Below, piece after piece: positions 12,901 to 26,855 of a stretch of DNA of 64,000 nucleotides. The position numbers were made by a program, and so were the translations under genes. Below the pieces are notes generated by a model that had not been told where the DNA came from, ran no database searches, and worked only from the letters and a program-made list of their open reading frames with translations. Origin of the DNA: Paragordius varius (lineage: Eukaryota > Animalia > Nematomorpha); contig OZ176053.1 in the NCBI GenBank assembly GCA_964247055.1, positions 7,998,001 to 8,062,000 on the forward strand, written 5' to 3'. Positions within the stretch are counted from its first letter, which is position 1, and each line of letters begins with the position of its first letter.

Positions 12901-15900
12901 CTATTTTCTAAGTCATATGTGAACCACCCAGATAATGCGTTTAATGATTATTTAAAATAGATATTATTACCTATTACAAGCTTTTTCAATTTATATTCAA
13001 TATTTGTTTGATAGGTTTATAAATTAGTATGAAACCATGGGTTTTTATCTTGAAATAGATTATTATATTAACTGTTTATGACCGATTAGTTACAATATTG
13101 AAGCATACCGTGTTAAGGAATTTTCGCTGCAAGATAGCATTTTTACGAAAAAAATTTTTCAAAAAGAAATAAATTTGAATGGCATCATGTTTTGTGTATA
13201 TTATATATAATTTTTGACTGTGAAATTATCGCTTTTCCTTGATAGAACGTTAATCAAACATATTTTTTCTAAAAAGATATTTTTTAATTTGCTTTTAATA
13301 ATAGACAATACTAATTACTCCAATTTAAAATTTCACACAAATATCTATTTAATAGTACAATCCAAATCTAGTCCTTGCTCCTTTTATCCGAAAACAGCTA
13401 TTGCACGCTACAACTCTTTCACCACAATCCTCAACCTCTAAACATTCAACTAATATGAGTTCTAAAAAAGTATATTTTTATTTATTTTCAAATACAAATT
13501 AACCCTTAAACTATTAAAATTCACCCTTGGACGATTTTAGTTTACCCTGAAATAATTTATGTGTTTTTAGAGATTAAAAATTACCTATATTTTTTTTATT
13601 TTTAAAAAATTAAATTTCGTTTAAAATTAACAATGGTGAAAAAATAATAAATTAGACAATGAAGAGAGATATTTCATATCAATGAATTAGCCCGAAAACA
13701 CCAAATTTATGTTTAGGGGAATTTGAATAGTTCGATGGTGAATTTTATTTCTTTAAGGGTGAATTTGAATTTTTCGAGGAATTTGAATTACTTAAGGGTA
13801 AATTTGATTTGTAAATAGTATATGATTATAGTTTGAATATACTTTGGCATTATAGAAACTATTTTAAAAATTGGACCAAATATTACAGATATTTCTTATA
13901 TTAATTTTATTGACTTTTATTAGTAATTTACATGATTATAATCATGCATATATATATATATATATATATTATATCTACAATACATCTATAAAAATTTTAG
14001 GCTTAAAAAGGTTATAGATAAACTTATTTAGTTTGTAAATATTTATTTATTTTTATATTCAAAAAATTTAATTTTTCTTTTTAATAAAAATTAATCGTTT
14101 TTTCTGTTATATTAGACGCCACCACCCATTACGTATGGTATAAATCGAGATAAACTTTTACTGTTTGCTAAATATCAAGTTATGGAGGAAAGCAGCCATG
14201 TACACATTGATAAAATTGATTTCCATTTGTGCCAAAATGCCTCATCATTCGTCTACAATGCTGCAGTCAACAAATCATTGAATATCGATAAGGGTATATA
14301 ATTATGCTTTTTTTCGACGAATTAATATTTCTATCTAAAATTATTGTATTAGGGTTAAGGAAAATATTTAAACAATATGGCTCATTTTCAGAGACTGGAA
14401 ATGTTCAAAAATATTGTAGGAAATTTGATTTTAGGGTTTCTCTTAAGTTTTTTAGCTGACCATGTTAATTAATGAAATTTTATGAAAAAAACTAAGTACA
14501 CCTTTCCGTGGATTATAATTACAGACGATATTTTATAAAATGGGTAAATTTGATGAATTTTATATTTTAGCTGCTACCGCGAGCTCTACCTTAAAAAGTC
14601 TTCAAGTTTTGGTTGAAAATGTAGTCATTGACGCTTTCCCAAAACATTATGCAAGTACGCGTAATTAAAATTTTTTTAATTTTGATCAATTTTTATTTGA
14701 GTTTATTTATTTTTATCTATTATCTCAAAAAAATTATATTTTTATATTGTTTTCCTGTATTATACGCATAACACCATGTTTTTTTAAAAAATGGCCATTG
14801 AATTTGATTTTTTATAACCGCTTTTGTTTTACCTTATTTTTATATATTTTAACTCCTTTATAATAAATTTATTTGATTTAAATTAAATTTCTATAACTGA
14901 AAAATGCTTTTTTAAAACGTTGTGAACCATTCTATCGGCTCATTTTTATAATCCAACATATATTTTCAAACAATATTTTGCCGACCCACAATATAATTAT
15001 ATATTTTATATCAAAAGATATGGGAAAAGAACACTGGAATCCTGATATATTGGAAAAAAATCAAAATCAATCTTCATATTTGGAAAATTATTGGTGCCTA
15101 CTAGATAAATACCTTTCGTCTAATAAGTACTTAATCTATTTTTATATATTTTACCTACAGTGTAATATTTGTGTGTGAAATCATATTCATATGTTTTACC
15201 AATATTTTTGTTTTTTATGATGAGACAAAAACGACCAAATATATTTATGTGCAATATTAGGCAATAAACTATTTTATTTGACACTAAAAATTAGAAATTA
15301 CATTGATATCGCAAAAGAATCCTTGTTTGAGAAGTGTTTTATTGTTCGCATTCTTGGCTCCTTACGATTACAAGATTTATCACGATATGATATCCCACCA
15401 ACCTATGGAATAATTTTACAGGGTAATCATTAAACTTCTTCGAATATTTCTTTATTAATGTTAGTAAATTGCTTTGTTTCTACACCACTTTTATTAATAT
15501 ATATATATATATACTGCCTTTTGTTATAATGGTTCATTTACAGAATATTATGTTGGGATTAAGTTTAGTCAATTAGAATGTGATAACTTGGAAAGGAGTT
15601 ATAAACCGTTTATTATTTTATTTTGAGAAGGTTTGTGTTGCAACCATGTACCAAACAAAAGACATTTTAACAAATTAAGAAACGTTTTTTAAGGATAATT
15701 ATCATTATTTAAAGTTAGTTTTGAAATATTTTTATCAAATTAGTCTTGATTTTCCTTACAATATGTAAAAACTAACGATACGATAAACTCATTATTTTAG
15801 ACAAATCCACCGTACTTCCTGCAAATTCTCAAGGATCTCACCCAACTACGGGCAGTCGGCCGTTAAGTAACCAACCAATCGTTAGGATTGAAATGACCGA

Positions 15901-18900
15901 ATATTACTACCAATATATAGCCGATCAATTAAATCATCATGTAGCATATGTGAGTTCAATAGGCTCTCACTCGGCACCGAGTCCTAATCCTTCCCTAAAT
16001 AATTTACAAAGAGTAGCAGCACCTTGGAATTCATATAATTTACTGTGTCAAAAATTCCCTCGTACGTAAAAATATTTTTAAACCTGCTATATAAATTATA
16101 ATTGCAATTTATTTATATTTGCATTTTCTTATATTTAGATCCAGAACCAAACCTACACTTTTTTGCTCAAGACTTGCAATTTATTTGTCAGTATGATAGC
16201 TTGGCTTGGTTAAGTGCATTAGCTATGAATGCATCGAATTTATGGGTATATGCAATATTTTATATAATTTTACAAAAAAATTTATTTATGGATAATTAAA
16301 ATAGTCTTGTAAATAATATTCTTACTAGAACACCTATTATCAAATATTCGTTCCTTTTCGTGAACGTTATCACACTGATACCGACATTCACATCTCAGAT
16401 TTCTTGGTAAATTTAATTTATTATTTGTACGCATATACACAAACAAAAAAATTAAAATTATATTTATCGATTGGCAGTATATTTTACCTAAATTTTTTGA
16501 CTTTAGATAACTTTACCAACGGTTTATGATAAAACTCCTACCATACAAAAATCGTTAGATTCTACCTTATTAGATCAAACATTTTATAATGTTTATACTA
16601 AGAACGTTAACATTTGTAACTACATCACTTCTTGTAATGACCATATTTCCACAAAAAGAGATGATACTATTAGTCATTTGGATGAAGCCAAACTTTATAT
16701 GAAGCAAATAAATGATTGCCTGGGTATATATTGAGTTATATTTATATAAAATTTATAAAGAACCCGACCTACGCGCCGAAATGTTCAAATTAGTACACGC
16801 AACTTTATTCCGAATATAATATTTTTTCATGATATTATCAACTGTTTATCAATAATTTTTATCCAGTTTCTTTGGGATCATTAAAATTATTGTATAAAAT
16901 TTGTTTATGTCCCTCTTTAGTCCAATTCGATATGTCAAAAGCGTTTCCCGAAAGACCTGTGGATAGTGCATTACCATTCAAAAAACTTGACAGATTGGAT
17001 TCTCTTTATTTTTACAATGCTTTTTTCCCCATGCAATCTACCCCCTATAATATTGGTGACAAAAATGGCTCCACTTTTCAAACTTACGTCGATTTACTGG
17101 GCCCGGAAGGAAAATCCAACGCCCAAAGACAACAGTCGTATCACCATATACATAAACTGTTTAGTCAACTGGCTTACACTGATAAATGGAGTGTAGATGC
17201 ACAACGATTCATGCTATATTTAAGTAATGTCGTTCCAAAGTATCCTGGCCAATGTAGCCATACCCCTATATATAAACATAATTACCTAATTGAACCAATC
17301 ATGCTCAATGTATGGCTCGTACCAACCTCGGTTAAAGTTAAAGGAGATGTCATATTAAGCGAAAAGGATGCTGAAAAATTCATATTTCAGCAACAAACCA
17401 ATTTATTAGGCAGCAATCCACAACACACCCCTACTCAAGAGAATAGAACAAGTGATGACGACGATGTGCAAACGGCATATTTTAATTATCGTGTCTTGTG
17501 TCGCATATTTGACCATAAAATTACGAAAAATGCATCTAGTGACCAACACTTAAAACTTTCAAATCACACTGGTACGGGATTACGGTTAAATTTTACAAGG
17601 CATGCATATTTGGCCCTTAATAGAATCGTTGATTGTATGAATCAAATGCAGACGCATGTTAACGAAATCATATCCGCACTAATTGCTTTGAATGAAAGTA
17701 ATAATTATATCAATCAACCAAACACCATTGTGGCCAAAGGACCAAGTACTTTAACAAACCCTAATATCAACATTGGAAGTGTAAACGGTCCTTTGGAGAA
17801 ACAAAATTTTGCTTTAATTAAGGAGAACATCCGTGTTAATATGATTCTTTACTTACAAACTATAGTCTTCCGTTTTTATGAAACGACATGGGACAATCTA
17901 TTTGGTAATTTTATGGTTGATTATTAAAAATATAATAAATTGCCAGGTTTTTTGCTTTGATTTAATTGTTTTTTAAATAAGATTTATCATTTTAATGATA
18001 AAAATGGATAGGCTGGGTTATTTTTTTCTACCCATAGAAAATAAATAAATATATATATTTTTTGATCGCATAATTGATAATCACTTTTAAATATTTGGTT
18101 TTATATATTTAATTTTATATAGCAAATAATTATAACGTTTTCTCTTATAAATTAAATTTATTCATTTTTATAGGTGCTAATTCTTTCGCCTCCTTCCCCC
18201 GTAAACCTTTGATTAACAAGGCTGAAAAGTTAACGGTTACCCCTAAAGCGCCACTAGCTTCTCAAAACCCGTTGGCATCGAATCCTAAATCAGACTTTGG
18301 CTCAACAAAAATAGTTAATACTAATAATACTCATCCAATATTGAGTCGTATATCAAATCTCACCACCAATCCCAGTAATATTCAAACAAAACACCCTAGT
18401 GCAATGGGAGGAGAACCGGACGATAGTTTAAGTCTTACATCATCATATATGCAAAACAGTAGCAGTGATGGAGACGGGGATAGCATTTCACTTTCCTCCT
18501 TGCTTTCGATTGGAACGACCGTTTCTAATTCAGCGCCATTAAAAGTTTTGGAACAACAACAACAACCGTCTGTAAAATTAACCCCGAACCCAATTACCAC
18601 TCCTTTGTTCGGGGACCTGGAGCATACAGAAAAAATATCTATCCATTCTTCCAAAGATGAAAGTTTGTTGTAATATTATTTTTGATGCCTCCCTCTCCAT
18701 ATTTTCTGTATTTACATAAGTCATATCTTTAACATAACTTGTAATTAATTATTTTAGCCATAATCGAAACTGGTCAGGATTTGTTGTGTGAATTATCTAA
18801 CGTTCAGCAAAAATTTCACCCATTGCAAGTAAATATTTTTTGAAATTTTTTTTGAAAATAAGCTCATAAAAATAATACATTGTTTTGACATTTCTTTAAT

Positions 18901-20323
18901 GCTTAAGAAAATGAATTCGCAATATTCAAAATATATACCGCTTTAGATCGACAATCCGAATCCGAAACAACCGATTTCTACTAATTCCGAAATTATTGGC
19001 GAATACATTTCATGTTTTAGCATATTTATGTTGCAATGCAATTTGATTGATTTGGATATTTGGAAAGCGTCAGATTTTAAGTTTGGTTACGATAAATCAT
19101 ACATGGATTTTAAACTGTGGTCTTGCTCCGGTCATTTATGGGATGAGGTTACCAAATTCATTGATGCTAAAAGCAGTTGTATGGCAGTTTCTGACCCACA
19201 AAATTTTGGTGTACCTGGAAAAGTATTTTTGAAAATGCGCTCATCATATTATTCATCAACTTTTCCTTCTGCCGCTGAATCCAAAACTGACGAGAATGCA
19301 ATTACGGATGTTGCTGCTTATCAACATAAAAAGACTCATTTTACATTGAAACCCAACGAACCGGCAATCATACAAATGAAGATAGATACTCATATGTTAT
19401 TCCCTCTAATTGATATAACATTTGCTCAAACCAATTTGACTGCACCTACTACGATTCAAAAATATTTTAGGATTTCAACGCTAACACTAACAAAGATATC
19501 CGATATATTAGCTCAAGATATTGACACTATACCCTTTCTTGTACCACATTATCGTAAAGAAAGTCCAAATAGTAATGTATCCAACATAACACCTCAGGAT
19601 AGAGTTTTAATCACGTCAGATTCAAGATTAAAAACCGCGAATCAAACCGCTAATTGTGAAACAGACAATTTGGAAGATACTATTGCTTCCTCATTTTCAT
19701 TATTTCTTTTGTGCGAACAAGCTTTGAGATTGAATCTTATGACTGCACTCAATGAATCAGGTAATATTAATATAAAACTTTCGGTAATTATAGATATTTT
19801 CTCTTCCTTTCTTTCATGTGATTATCATAACACATTTTTATTGATATTTTTGATTAAACTAATTTTTGATGTTTTTGCTTAACAAACAATAGATGTAAGC
19901 CTTAAAGCACGTACTTTAATCATGTTCTAAACGTTATAATGCTCGATATAAAAAAATTTGTGTTAAATATTGGTATCTGTGATAATAATTATAAAACATA
20001 TGAAATAAAATATGATTAAGCTATATTTTAAAGTAAAAATAATTTAAAACTATTAATTAGAAGTGTAATATATATTTTTAAATCAATTATATTGACATAT
20101 TTATTTTAAGGAGATAAATATTCCCAATGTCAATTACAAATGCTTCCGTTTGTTTTATACCGTTTAGCCAAAGATGGTGTTTTGGTCATTACGAATGTTC
20201 AAGATATACAGGGTATTAATTTCATAAATTATTTTTTTAAAAACTTTTATAATAAATCATAAAATCCTTACAGCATTTAAAATACCGATGCAGCGCTACT
20301 TTTTTATCATATTAAAACGATAA
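9961..20323 (+). CDS. BLTP3: Bridge-like lipid transfer protein 3 family (UHRF1BP1/UHRF1BP1L/SHIP164, chorein-N, VPS13-related), multi-exon; 3' end tentative
   Basis: Spliced N-terminus MSFIKNQIIKRLERFIKNLSSDMLSISLVKGEAKL...IPWTKLKTDPIYL matches the remembered human MAGIIKKQILKHLSRFTKNLS...IPWTKLKTHPICL. Downstream colinear motifs: LIDKIIEG, LFAKYQVMEESSHVHIDKIDFHLC, IDAFPKH, IEMTEYYY, PEPNL. Exons: 9961-10001, 10025-10187, 10212-10250, 10276-10364, 10388-10592, 10618-10723, about 12793-12872, about 13356-13469, 14116-14293, 14571-14654, about 15018-15126, about 15295-15422, about 15544-15608, 15801-16061, 16139 to about 16255, about 16329-16408, about 16507-16722, about 16867-17905, about 18174-18661, about 18758-18828, about 18947-19760, 20111-20212, tentative 20274-20323. 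Some exons around 12.8-13.3 kb are unresolved. Confidence 0.88.
10800..12060 (-). mobile_element. Degenerate Penelope-like retroelement remnant in a BLTP3 intron
   Basis: Minus-strand frame KIGIYRLKCSG...*VYIGK (GIY-YIG, about 10905-10995). Upstream in element orientation are RT-like traces GVDGL (about 11835-11850) and GLFTPQVYK (about 11572-11603). Many stops and frameshifts. Confidence 0.55.
12480..12706 (-). mobile_element. Fragment of a non-LTR retrotransposon ORF C-terminus (RTE-like) in a BLTP3 intron
   Basis: Translates KRLRCAGHIHNRPP then, after a frameshift, DRPFKSWLSIIYDDL, resembling the RLRWAGH...RP...W..D tail of RTE-type LINE ORFs. Confidence 0.55.
13487..13816. mobile_element. 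Foldback-type MITE in a BLTP3 intron; a related fragment lies at about 34870-35110
   Basis: Imperfect terminal inverted repeats built from AAATT(C/A/T)ACCCTT / AAGGGT(G/A)AATTT units; the same units recur at 35005-35085. Confidence 0.5.
13947..13970. repeat. (TA)n microsatellite; similar tracts at about 15497-15512, 35117-35150 and 55907-55928
   Basis: Direct reading of TA dinucleotide runs. Confidence 0.8.
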
Positions 20324-20954
20324 AAGAAGAGAAAAATTAAATAAAAAAGCGGTCTTTATTAACTTGGCTCAAATGACTCAATAATTTTAAATAGTTTAAA
20401 ACGATACGTCCGGAAACAATGATATACCTTTGACATCACATATGAAAATATTTGTGCATTTTTGAATAAAAACGTAACTAATTTTTTAGCATTGCGGTCA
20501 CACCTTATATACAATACCACTCTAAGAAACTTTTATAAATTTAAAGTTAAATTTTTTTCATTATATATATAATTCTTAAATTTTGCAAAAATTTTTTCTT
20601 TTTTTCATAAAACGAAATAGCTGCGTTTGTTAAATTTACATTACAGAAATAAATGTTGTTCATAACATTTTTCTGAAGATGAAATAATTTTATTTATCAA
20701 AAGTAGTTATTCGGGTTACATAAAATAATTATGCTAACAATGTTTTTTTTAAATTGGATTATAAAATCAGGTTATTATTTTGTTAGTCATGACCTTGACA
20801 AGGTTAGTAAATAAAACAAGGGGAAACATTTGCAAAACTTTTATGAACGAATTTAAGCGTCATATTAAGTAAAGTAACCAACTAAGTAAATCATGGAAAA
20901 AATCGCACTCTATTAGTACGATACTTAAAAGCATTATTTAAAATGTGTATTGTC

Positions 20955-23870
20955 TTTATGTAATGGCTAGCCATTGTATCCGTATAGAAGCTCCTTGTGA
21001 TATTTGCAATCCTGCCAGGCGTTATCATCAATGTTGGCAACACTTAAATCATTATTTATATATTTTTTTCAGTTAAAACGTGGTCTACCCCTGCGATTGT
21101 TACCTTCGGGATGTAGGGATAAAATTTCATTTGTCCATTGTTCTGGAGCACGTTTGACGTGTTTCCGAAATATCTGAGTCTATTTTTTCTGAGCATAATA
21201 TTTAAAGGTTCGATTGGGTACAATTGATACAAATTTGAATTTGACTTATTGGGGTCGAATAATTTAGCATCCTCTTTTCTATGTTCATTAGTTTTTTCTC
21301 GATTGACTCTGTCATCGGCCATGTCTCGCTTCCATACAGGAGTATGGGACTTATGCCTGTTTTGTAGATCAAACCTTTGTTTTTTGCAGATATATGATTT
21401 TTGAACACTGTTTTAAGTTGATGAAATTTTACCCAAGCCTGTTGGGATCTATATTGAACTGTCTGGTTAATTCCACCTAGCCAATTTATGACATTGATAA
21501 GTATTTCAAATTATTAACCAGTTCAATTTTGGCCTCTGACATATCAAGATAATTTAGGGAAGTAGGTGAGTGATTTATAGTTTTATTTTTGCAATTCACA
21601 AACGAATTTATCATTGTTGATTAATGTTCCGTTTATAAGCGAGCCCTTTACCCACCTATTGCAAGATATAATAGGATTGAAATAGGTTCCACACATAAAT
21701 CATATACTCTACATGGAAACTAGGTCTTTCATATATAGTTTCATCCGTTATCACCACCTTTTTGCTTATGTTTATCTTCATTTCACCCTTTTCTAAGTGT
21801 GATTACCATGTGTTTATGATTTAATTCGTCCCATCGATGTTGCGGTGAGGGTGATGTCGTCAGCATAGATAAGTTCTCATGGTGGGTTCCTTTTTATATC
21901 TTTTGTAAAATAATCCATTATTAAAATGAAAAGGGTAAGGATACAGCCATGGTGAAAAGACTCATTTGGAAAAAAAACTGTGTTGCCTTTTGTTAATCTA
22001 ACGCAGTTTGTTGTTTTTAGTACATCATATCTATAGATTTGATTATCCAATCGTCTATGTTGTTGTATCGTAGTGTGGTAATCAATTTCCTGGGGATACG
22101 ACCGAAAGCCCTTTGTAACTCTATAAAAACATGATAATTTTTTTTATTTTTTGCTAAATTATCTTGTAATCTTCTCAAAATGAAGATAGCATCAATTGTG
22201 CTACTGTTTGGTTTATAGGCATATTGGAATTCATGTATGCTACGATTGATCTCAGTTTTGATTCAATAATGAATTCAAATTTTTAACGAGTCCAACAACT
22301 TGAGCGGTCTGTAGGAACAATCGAGCATGTATCATTTGTTCTTATAAATGGGTATTATGGTACTTTTTGACCAATCTTTAAATAGGCGATTCGTTGACAA
22401 GATTAGATTAAATATATTAGTTAAATGTAAAATGCATTGTGGTAAAGCTTTTATCATGTCGGACCTGAGTTCAGATGCAGCTGCTTTGTTATTTTTTACC
22501 TTATAAGGCATCTCTTACATCGTTTGTTGTTATCAATGGTCGGGGATCAATTGCTGGTGGTTGGTTTATTGTCTCAAAACCTTGTATTTGTACGAATTGT
22601 CCTTGGTATAATCCAGACATTGCTTGTGTCTCTCCAATCAGTTGCTAGATGTTTATGGTTTTTAATATAGACAATTTGTTTAATGTGCTTTTTATTATTG
22701 TCAACTGAATTTATTGTTCGGATAATCTTAAGGTTTCATTTCTTAATCTTGTTTTTTAGCTAAATCCAAAGTTTTTTTGTTGGCTGAAACATTTATGTCA
22801 TGTTGTAAATTTTTATTTTATTTAATATATGATACCACGTCTCTTTTATCTTTAATTGTTTCCATCTTTCATAGCTATGGCGTTTAATTTTGATTAAAGG
22901 CTTTATAGATTTCGACCACCAACAATTTATGGTTGTTTTTTCCTGTATGTTTTCCTCCTTCTACCAAATTTATTTGGGATGATGCTGTTTTTAAGATTAT
23001 CCCAAGCTTGTTCAGATAGGTTGAGGCTAAGCGCTACATTAACAGTTTGTGAGAGTTTGAGGTTTAACATCAGGAAGGTGTAGTTTCTAAATTTATTTTG
23101 GGTTTCTGGTTACTATGGTAATAGGATTTGTTTATTGTTATTATTGCTACAATCAATTTATGTTGTGTATCAGTGAGATATGTTTTGGAATCTTTGTTGA
23201 TTTTTCTATATTTTTATGGGTATTAAAATGTGGTCAACCATAGAGTTTTTTACCACTTGTATAAGTTAATAATTATTTGCTGATTTTGTGAAGAGGGTAT
23301 TGCAGATAGTAATAAGAGATGCGCAGTATTCTAATAATGTATCACCTTCTTTGTTACTGCTGCCAAAAGCGTTTCTTCCATGTATTCTCAAATAGTCTCG
23401 ACCATTAGTGACAACGTGGGAATTAAAATCTCTCCATCTATAAAAATTTTGGCATTTGGAGGTATTGCATGAGAAATGTCGTATAGTTGGTTCCAAAAGG
23501 CTTGTTTGGTTGCTTCGCTTAATCCAGACTGAGGGGCATAGATGGAAAGTATGTTAAGAATTTGTTTTTTTAAAGCCGATACGTATTTGGATAATTCTTT
23601 CGTTGTGTCTGTTTTTTCTATTATATAATCACAATATTTATTTTTAATAGCTATAGCCACTCCATGTTGGCCTTTTATTTGACCTTTGTAGAATATTGTA
23701 ATTTGTCAATATTTAGCTTTCCTTCAGATTTATATCTTGTTTCCTGGAAGCAACAGATGTCAATGTTTTTCTCTTTGATTTGATATACTGATTAGTGTCG
23801 AGATATTCCAAGTGCCAATCTTCAGAGCATATTGTTGGGTGTTTTTTTTATGTTTGTGGTTTTTTGGAGA
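20955..23870 (-). mobile_element. Near full-length but decayed RTE-clade LINE (APE endonuclease + reverse transcriptase, single ORF)
   Basis: APE motifs LKIGTWN (23804-23824), CCFQETR, SIYAP, DFNSHV, GSSNKEGDTLLEYC, VDHILI; RT motifs YRPIS-like, FQYAYKPNSSTIDAIFILRRLQ, ELIYADD (YADD at 21856-21867), LLYGSETW, RLRYFG. Multiple stops and frameshifts. Confidence 0.9.
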
Positions 23871-24534
23871 GCAATAAATAATAATAAAAATTGAAATTAT
23901 TATATTTATTATTTATCATCATCAATGAAACTATTTTTAAACAAAATTATCATTATTTATAAGTGTTGGTATTTCAATCATTTTAGTTTAATATACGGTT
24001 TAATTAAGGCGATTTTTTTACAATATGCATGCCTTTGCATGCCTTTGCAAATCAAGAGATTATTTCTGCCTTTCTAGGCTTACGGAGTTCCATCTCCGCT
24101 TACATATATTAGTAATTGTTTTTTTCTAGCAACTGTTTATAGCACCAGATACCCGCTTTATCATCTGTGTGAATGCAGGTATTGTGGTATTTTATAGGAA
24201 AACCACACCCCGCACACAAGATTTATTTTTTTGCCGCTTGCTTGATATTAACCAGTGTGCATCACTGAAAAGTGGGAGTCGGACTTGCAGTCCCATTAAT
24301 AATAGTTTATTTTATATTTCTGTATTTTAATGTAATAATTTATCTTTTGTAGATTCACCCTTTGCTAATATCGTGAATGATATTTTGGGATGATTTTAGC
24401 ATTGTGTCATTTTTTGCTGGTCTCTTAGACAATGCACTGTTATATAACCCGGTTATGCATCACATTTTTAATTAATTAAGACAATAATATATTGCTATAT
24501 TTATAATATAAATAAATTTAAATTTGCGTATCAT

Positions 24535-24700
24535 CTTTATGTAATGGATAGCCACCGTATAGCTAGCGATCCTCCCAGGCGTTATCATTAATGTTGGCAA
24601 CACTTAAATTATTAGTTATTGTTTTTTCCAAGTTAAAAGCTTGTCTTGTACTACGGTTGCCTTCGGGGATGTCCCTGGAAAAATGTTTTAGACTTTTCCA
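24535..24700 (-). mobile_element. 5'-truncated copy of the same RTE LINE (3' end only)
   Basis: Shares CTTTATGTAATGG..AGCCA, CCAGGCGTTATCAT.AATGTTGGCAACACTTAAAT.ATT and CCTTCGGG with 20955-21110. Confidence 0.8.
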
Positions 24701-26855
24701 GATTGCAATAGAAAATAATATTTTAGCAAATATATATCGTACTGGTCCCGTATTACATATATATAGTGCACAAAATCGCGGGCATGAGAATTATGGTGAT
24801 GAAAAAAATATATTCTAATAGATAAAATTATCAGAAATTTACTTTTTTGTGACTGCTTTATATCAGAAAATGCCATATTTGCGCAGATTTTTTAGGCAAA
24901 ATGTTTTTGGTGAAAGTTATACTAAAATTTATATTAAACTACTATAAAAAGTTAAACTTGGATAATTGTTATATGTGAGCTCCTAAATCGATTAGACCCA
25001 TTTAAAATAGATATGTTCTCTTACACTCTGTTTAAATTTGAAAAATATTAAAAATTACCTCATAAAATATATATATTTTAATAGGTATAAGGATTATCAT
25101 GGTGCTTTTGGCCCTTACGAATGATTTTAGAAAGTTATTTACACTTTTGTGTTAAGTGATACCATATGAGAAGATAACACGCCCATTTTTTTAAATAAAC
25201 TGTTATTTGATGAAATGTAAATGCTTCATTTGAAAAAACTATCACTAAAATTTAATAATAATCTGCATATAAAACAATATTTTTTAGGGTTGATGTGGGC
25301 TCCGAGAGTCCAAAATTATTTCGCTTTACTAATAAGGGCTAATTATCTTAAAATAAATGCAAAGATGCCGAGATTGCGCGATAATTAGATTAATGCCTAA
25401 TTTTTTAGCAACTAAAAATGTTTTTTTTAAAATGCATATTTTTTAAAATTTAGTTTTAAGAAATATTTTGTTGAAGCGTACTACATACTATTTTGAGGCA
25501 TAATGGAAACGGTAAAAAAATGCTTTTAGTTATTATTATTATTAATTCGATATTACTAAACATTTCCCTCACCTTAAATTTACAGGTTGCTTTTTAATTT
25601 TGCAGAATTTTATTAAAAAATTACGATTTATATTTAACATGATGACGAACAAATATTTTGATCAAATTATGAGGGGATAGAATTGTCATCATTTATATAT
25701 ATATAGAAAAAGTGTTTTATACTATTTTAAAGCGTTGTTATACCGTATCCTGCCTAAATATAGTATGTAGCATGCAACAAAATTTTTTCTAAAAATTAAA
25801 TTTTGAAAAAAGTATCCATTTTTTAAAATGCTTTTAGTTGTTACAAAAATTTAGCATATAATTAAAATTTTTATCGCACATCCCGGCATTTTTGCGTTTA
25901 TTTAGGAGAACTACATTTTAATGTGGTTTATAATATAATTTTTATAACATTTTTTGGAATGAGGCCTTTTGCTTGAACCAAAAAAAATTAATTTAAAAAA
26001 CACGCAAATTTTGCCATTTTCAGATATAGAGCACCCACTACAAAAGTTTAAATTTTAAAACCACTCGTAACAGTTGAAACCAAAGTATCCTAATTCATTT
26101 ATCTATATTTTTTTATCTGGTTATTTTTTTGTGTAGACACTGGGTTAGAAAAGGGAGGCCGAGATCGCGCGATGTAAATTATATATACAAATTTTGACAT
26201 CAAAAAACATTCTAGAAAAAATTAGGTTTCGCTTAAAAATTTAATTTATAGAAAAATTCTGACCTCATAGTTTTATATCCCGGAACGATTTAAAATTTAA
26301 ATTAAAAATACGCTTTTTTAGTTTTAACGCATTATAGTTCGTTCATCTAAGTAGTTTTTTGCAATAAATCATTAAAATTTGCTTTTAAAAAATTTAATTA
26401 TCTTATAAGATTTTACTATTAGCTCATATATAAAATATGCTTTCTTTAACTTTTTAGGCACATGAAACAAAAATATTTATTTTAAAAATGTAAGTAAACA
26501 TCTTCTTAAAATTTTTCACCGCCATCCTTTTTTTATTTTTTATAGATCACTACTAATTAAAATAATTATTGTTTAAAAATAAAAACAATTTAGTGTGAAA
26601 AGCTTACAAATTATAGGCCAGAATTTTTGATTTATCGATTTTATCTGCTCGTTTCGATCGTGTTTTTAAGCTAACTAAATTGGGGGCTCTAGAAGTCAAG
26701 AAACTGTTATACCTAATATAGGATAGAGGGTTTAACAATTCAATTTTTATCAAAACCATGGGTAGACTACCCGAAATGTCATCACTAAAATTAACGTAAA
26801 TTATGTTATGAATTTTTTGAAATCATATTGAAATTTAATAAAAACGTATATTCAT

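Noticed and set aside
13217-13245. DCEIIA / VKLSLFLD similarity to the missing BLTP3 segment
   Set aside because: The two motifs are in different frames and I could not find consistent splice sites, so it was left unresolved rather than called.
24060-24300. Possible small gene with a 19-nt intron, or a zinc-knuckle ORF
   Set aside because: No frame gives a recognisable protein and stops occur on both strands.
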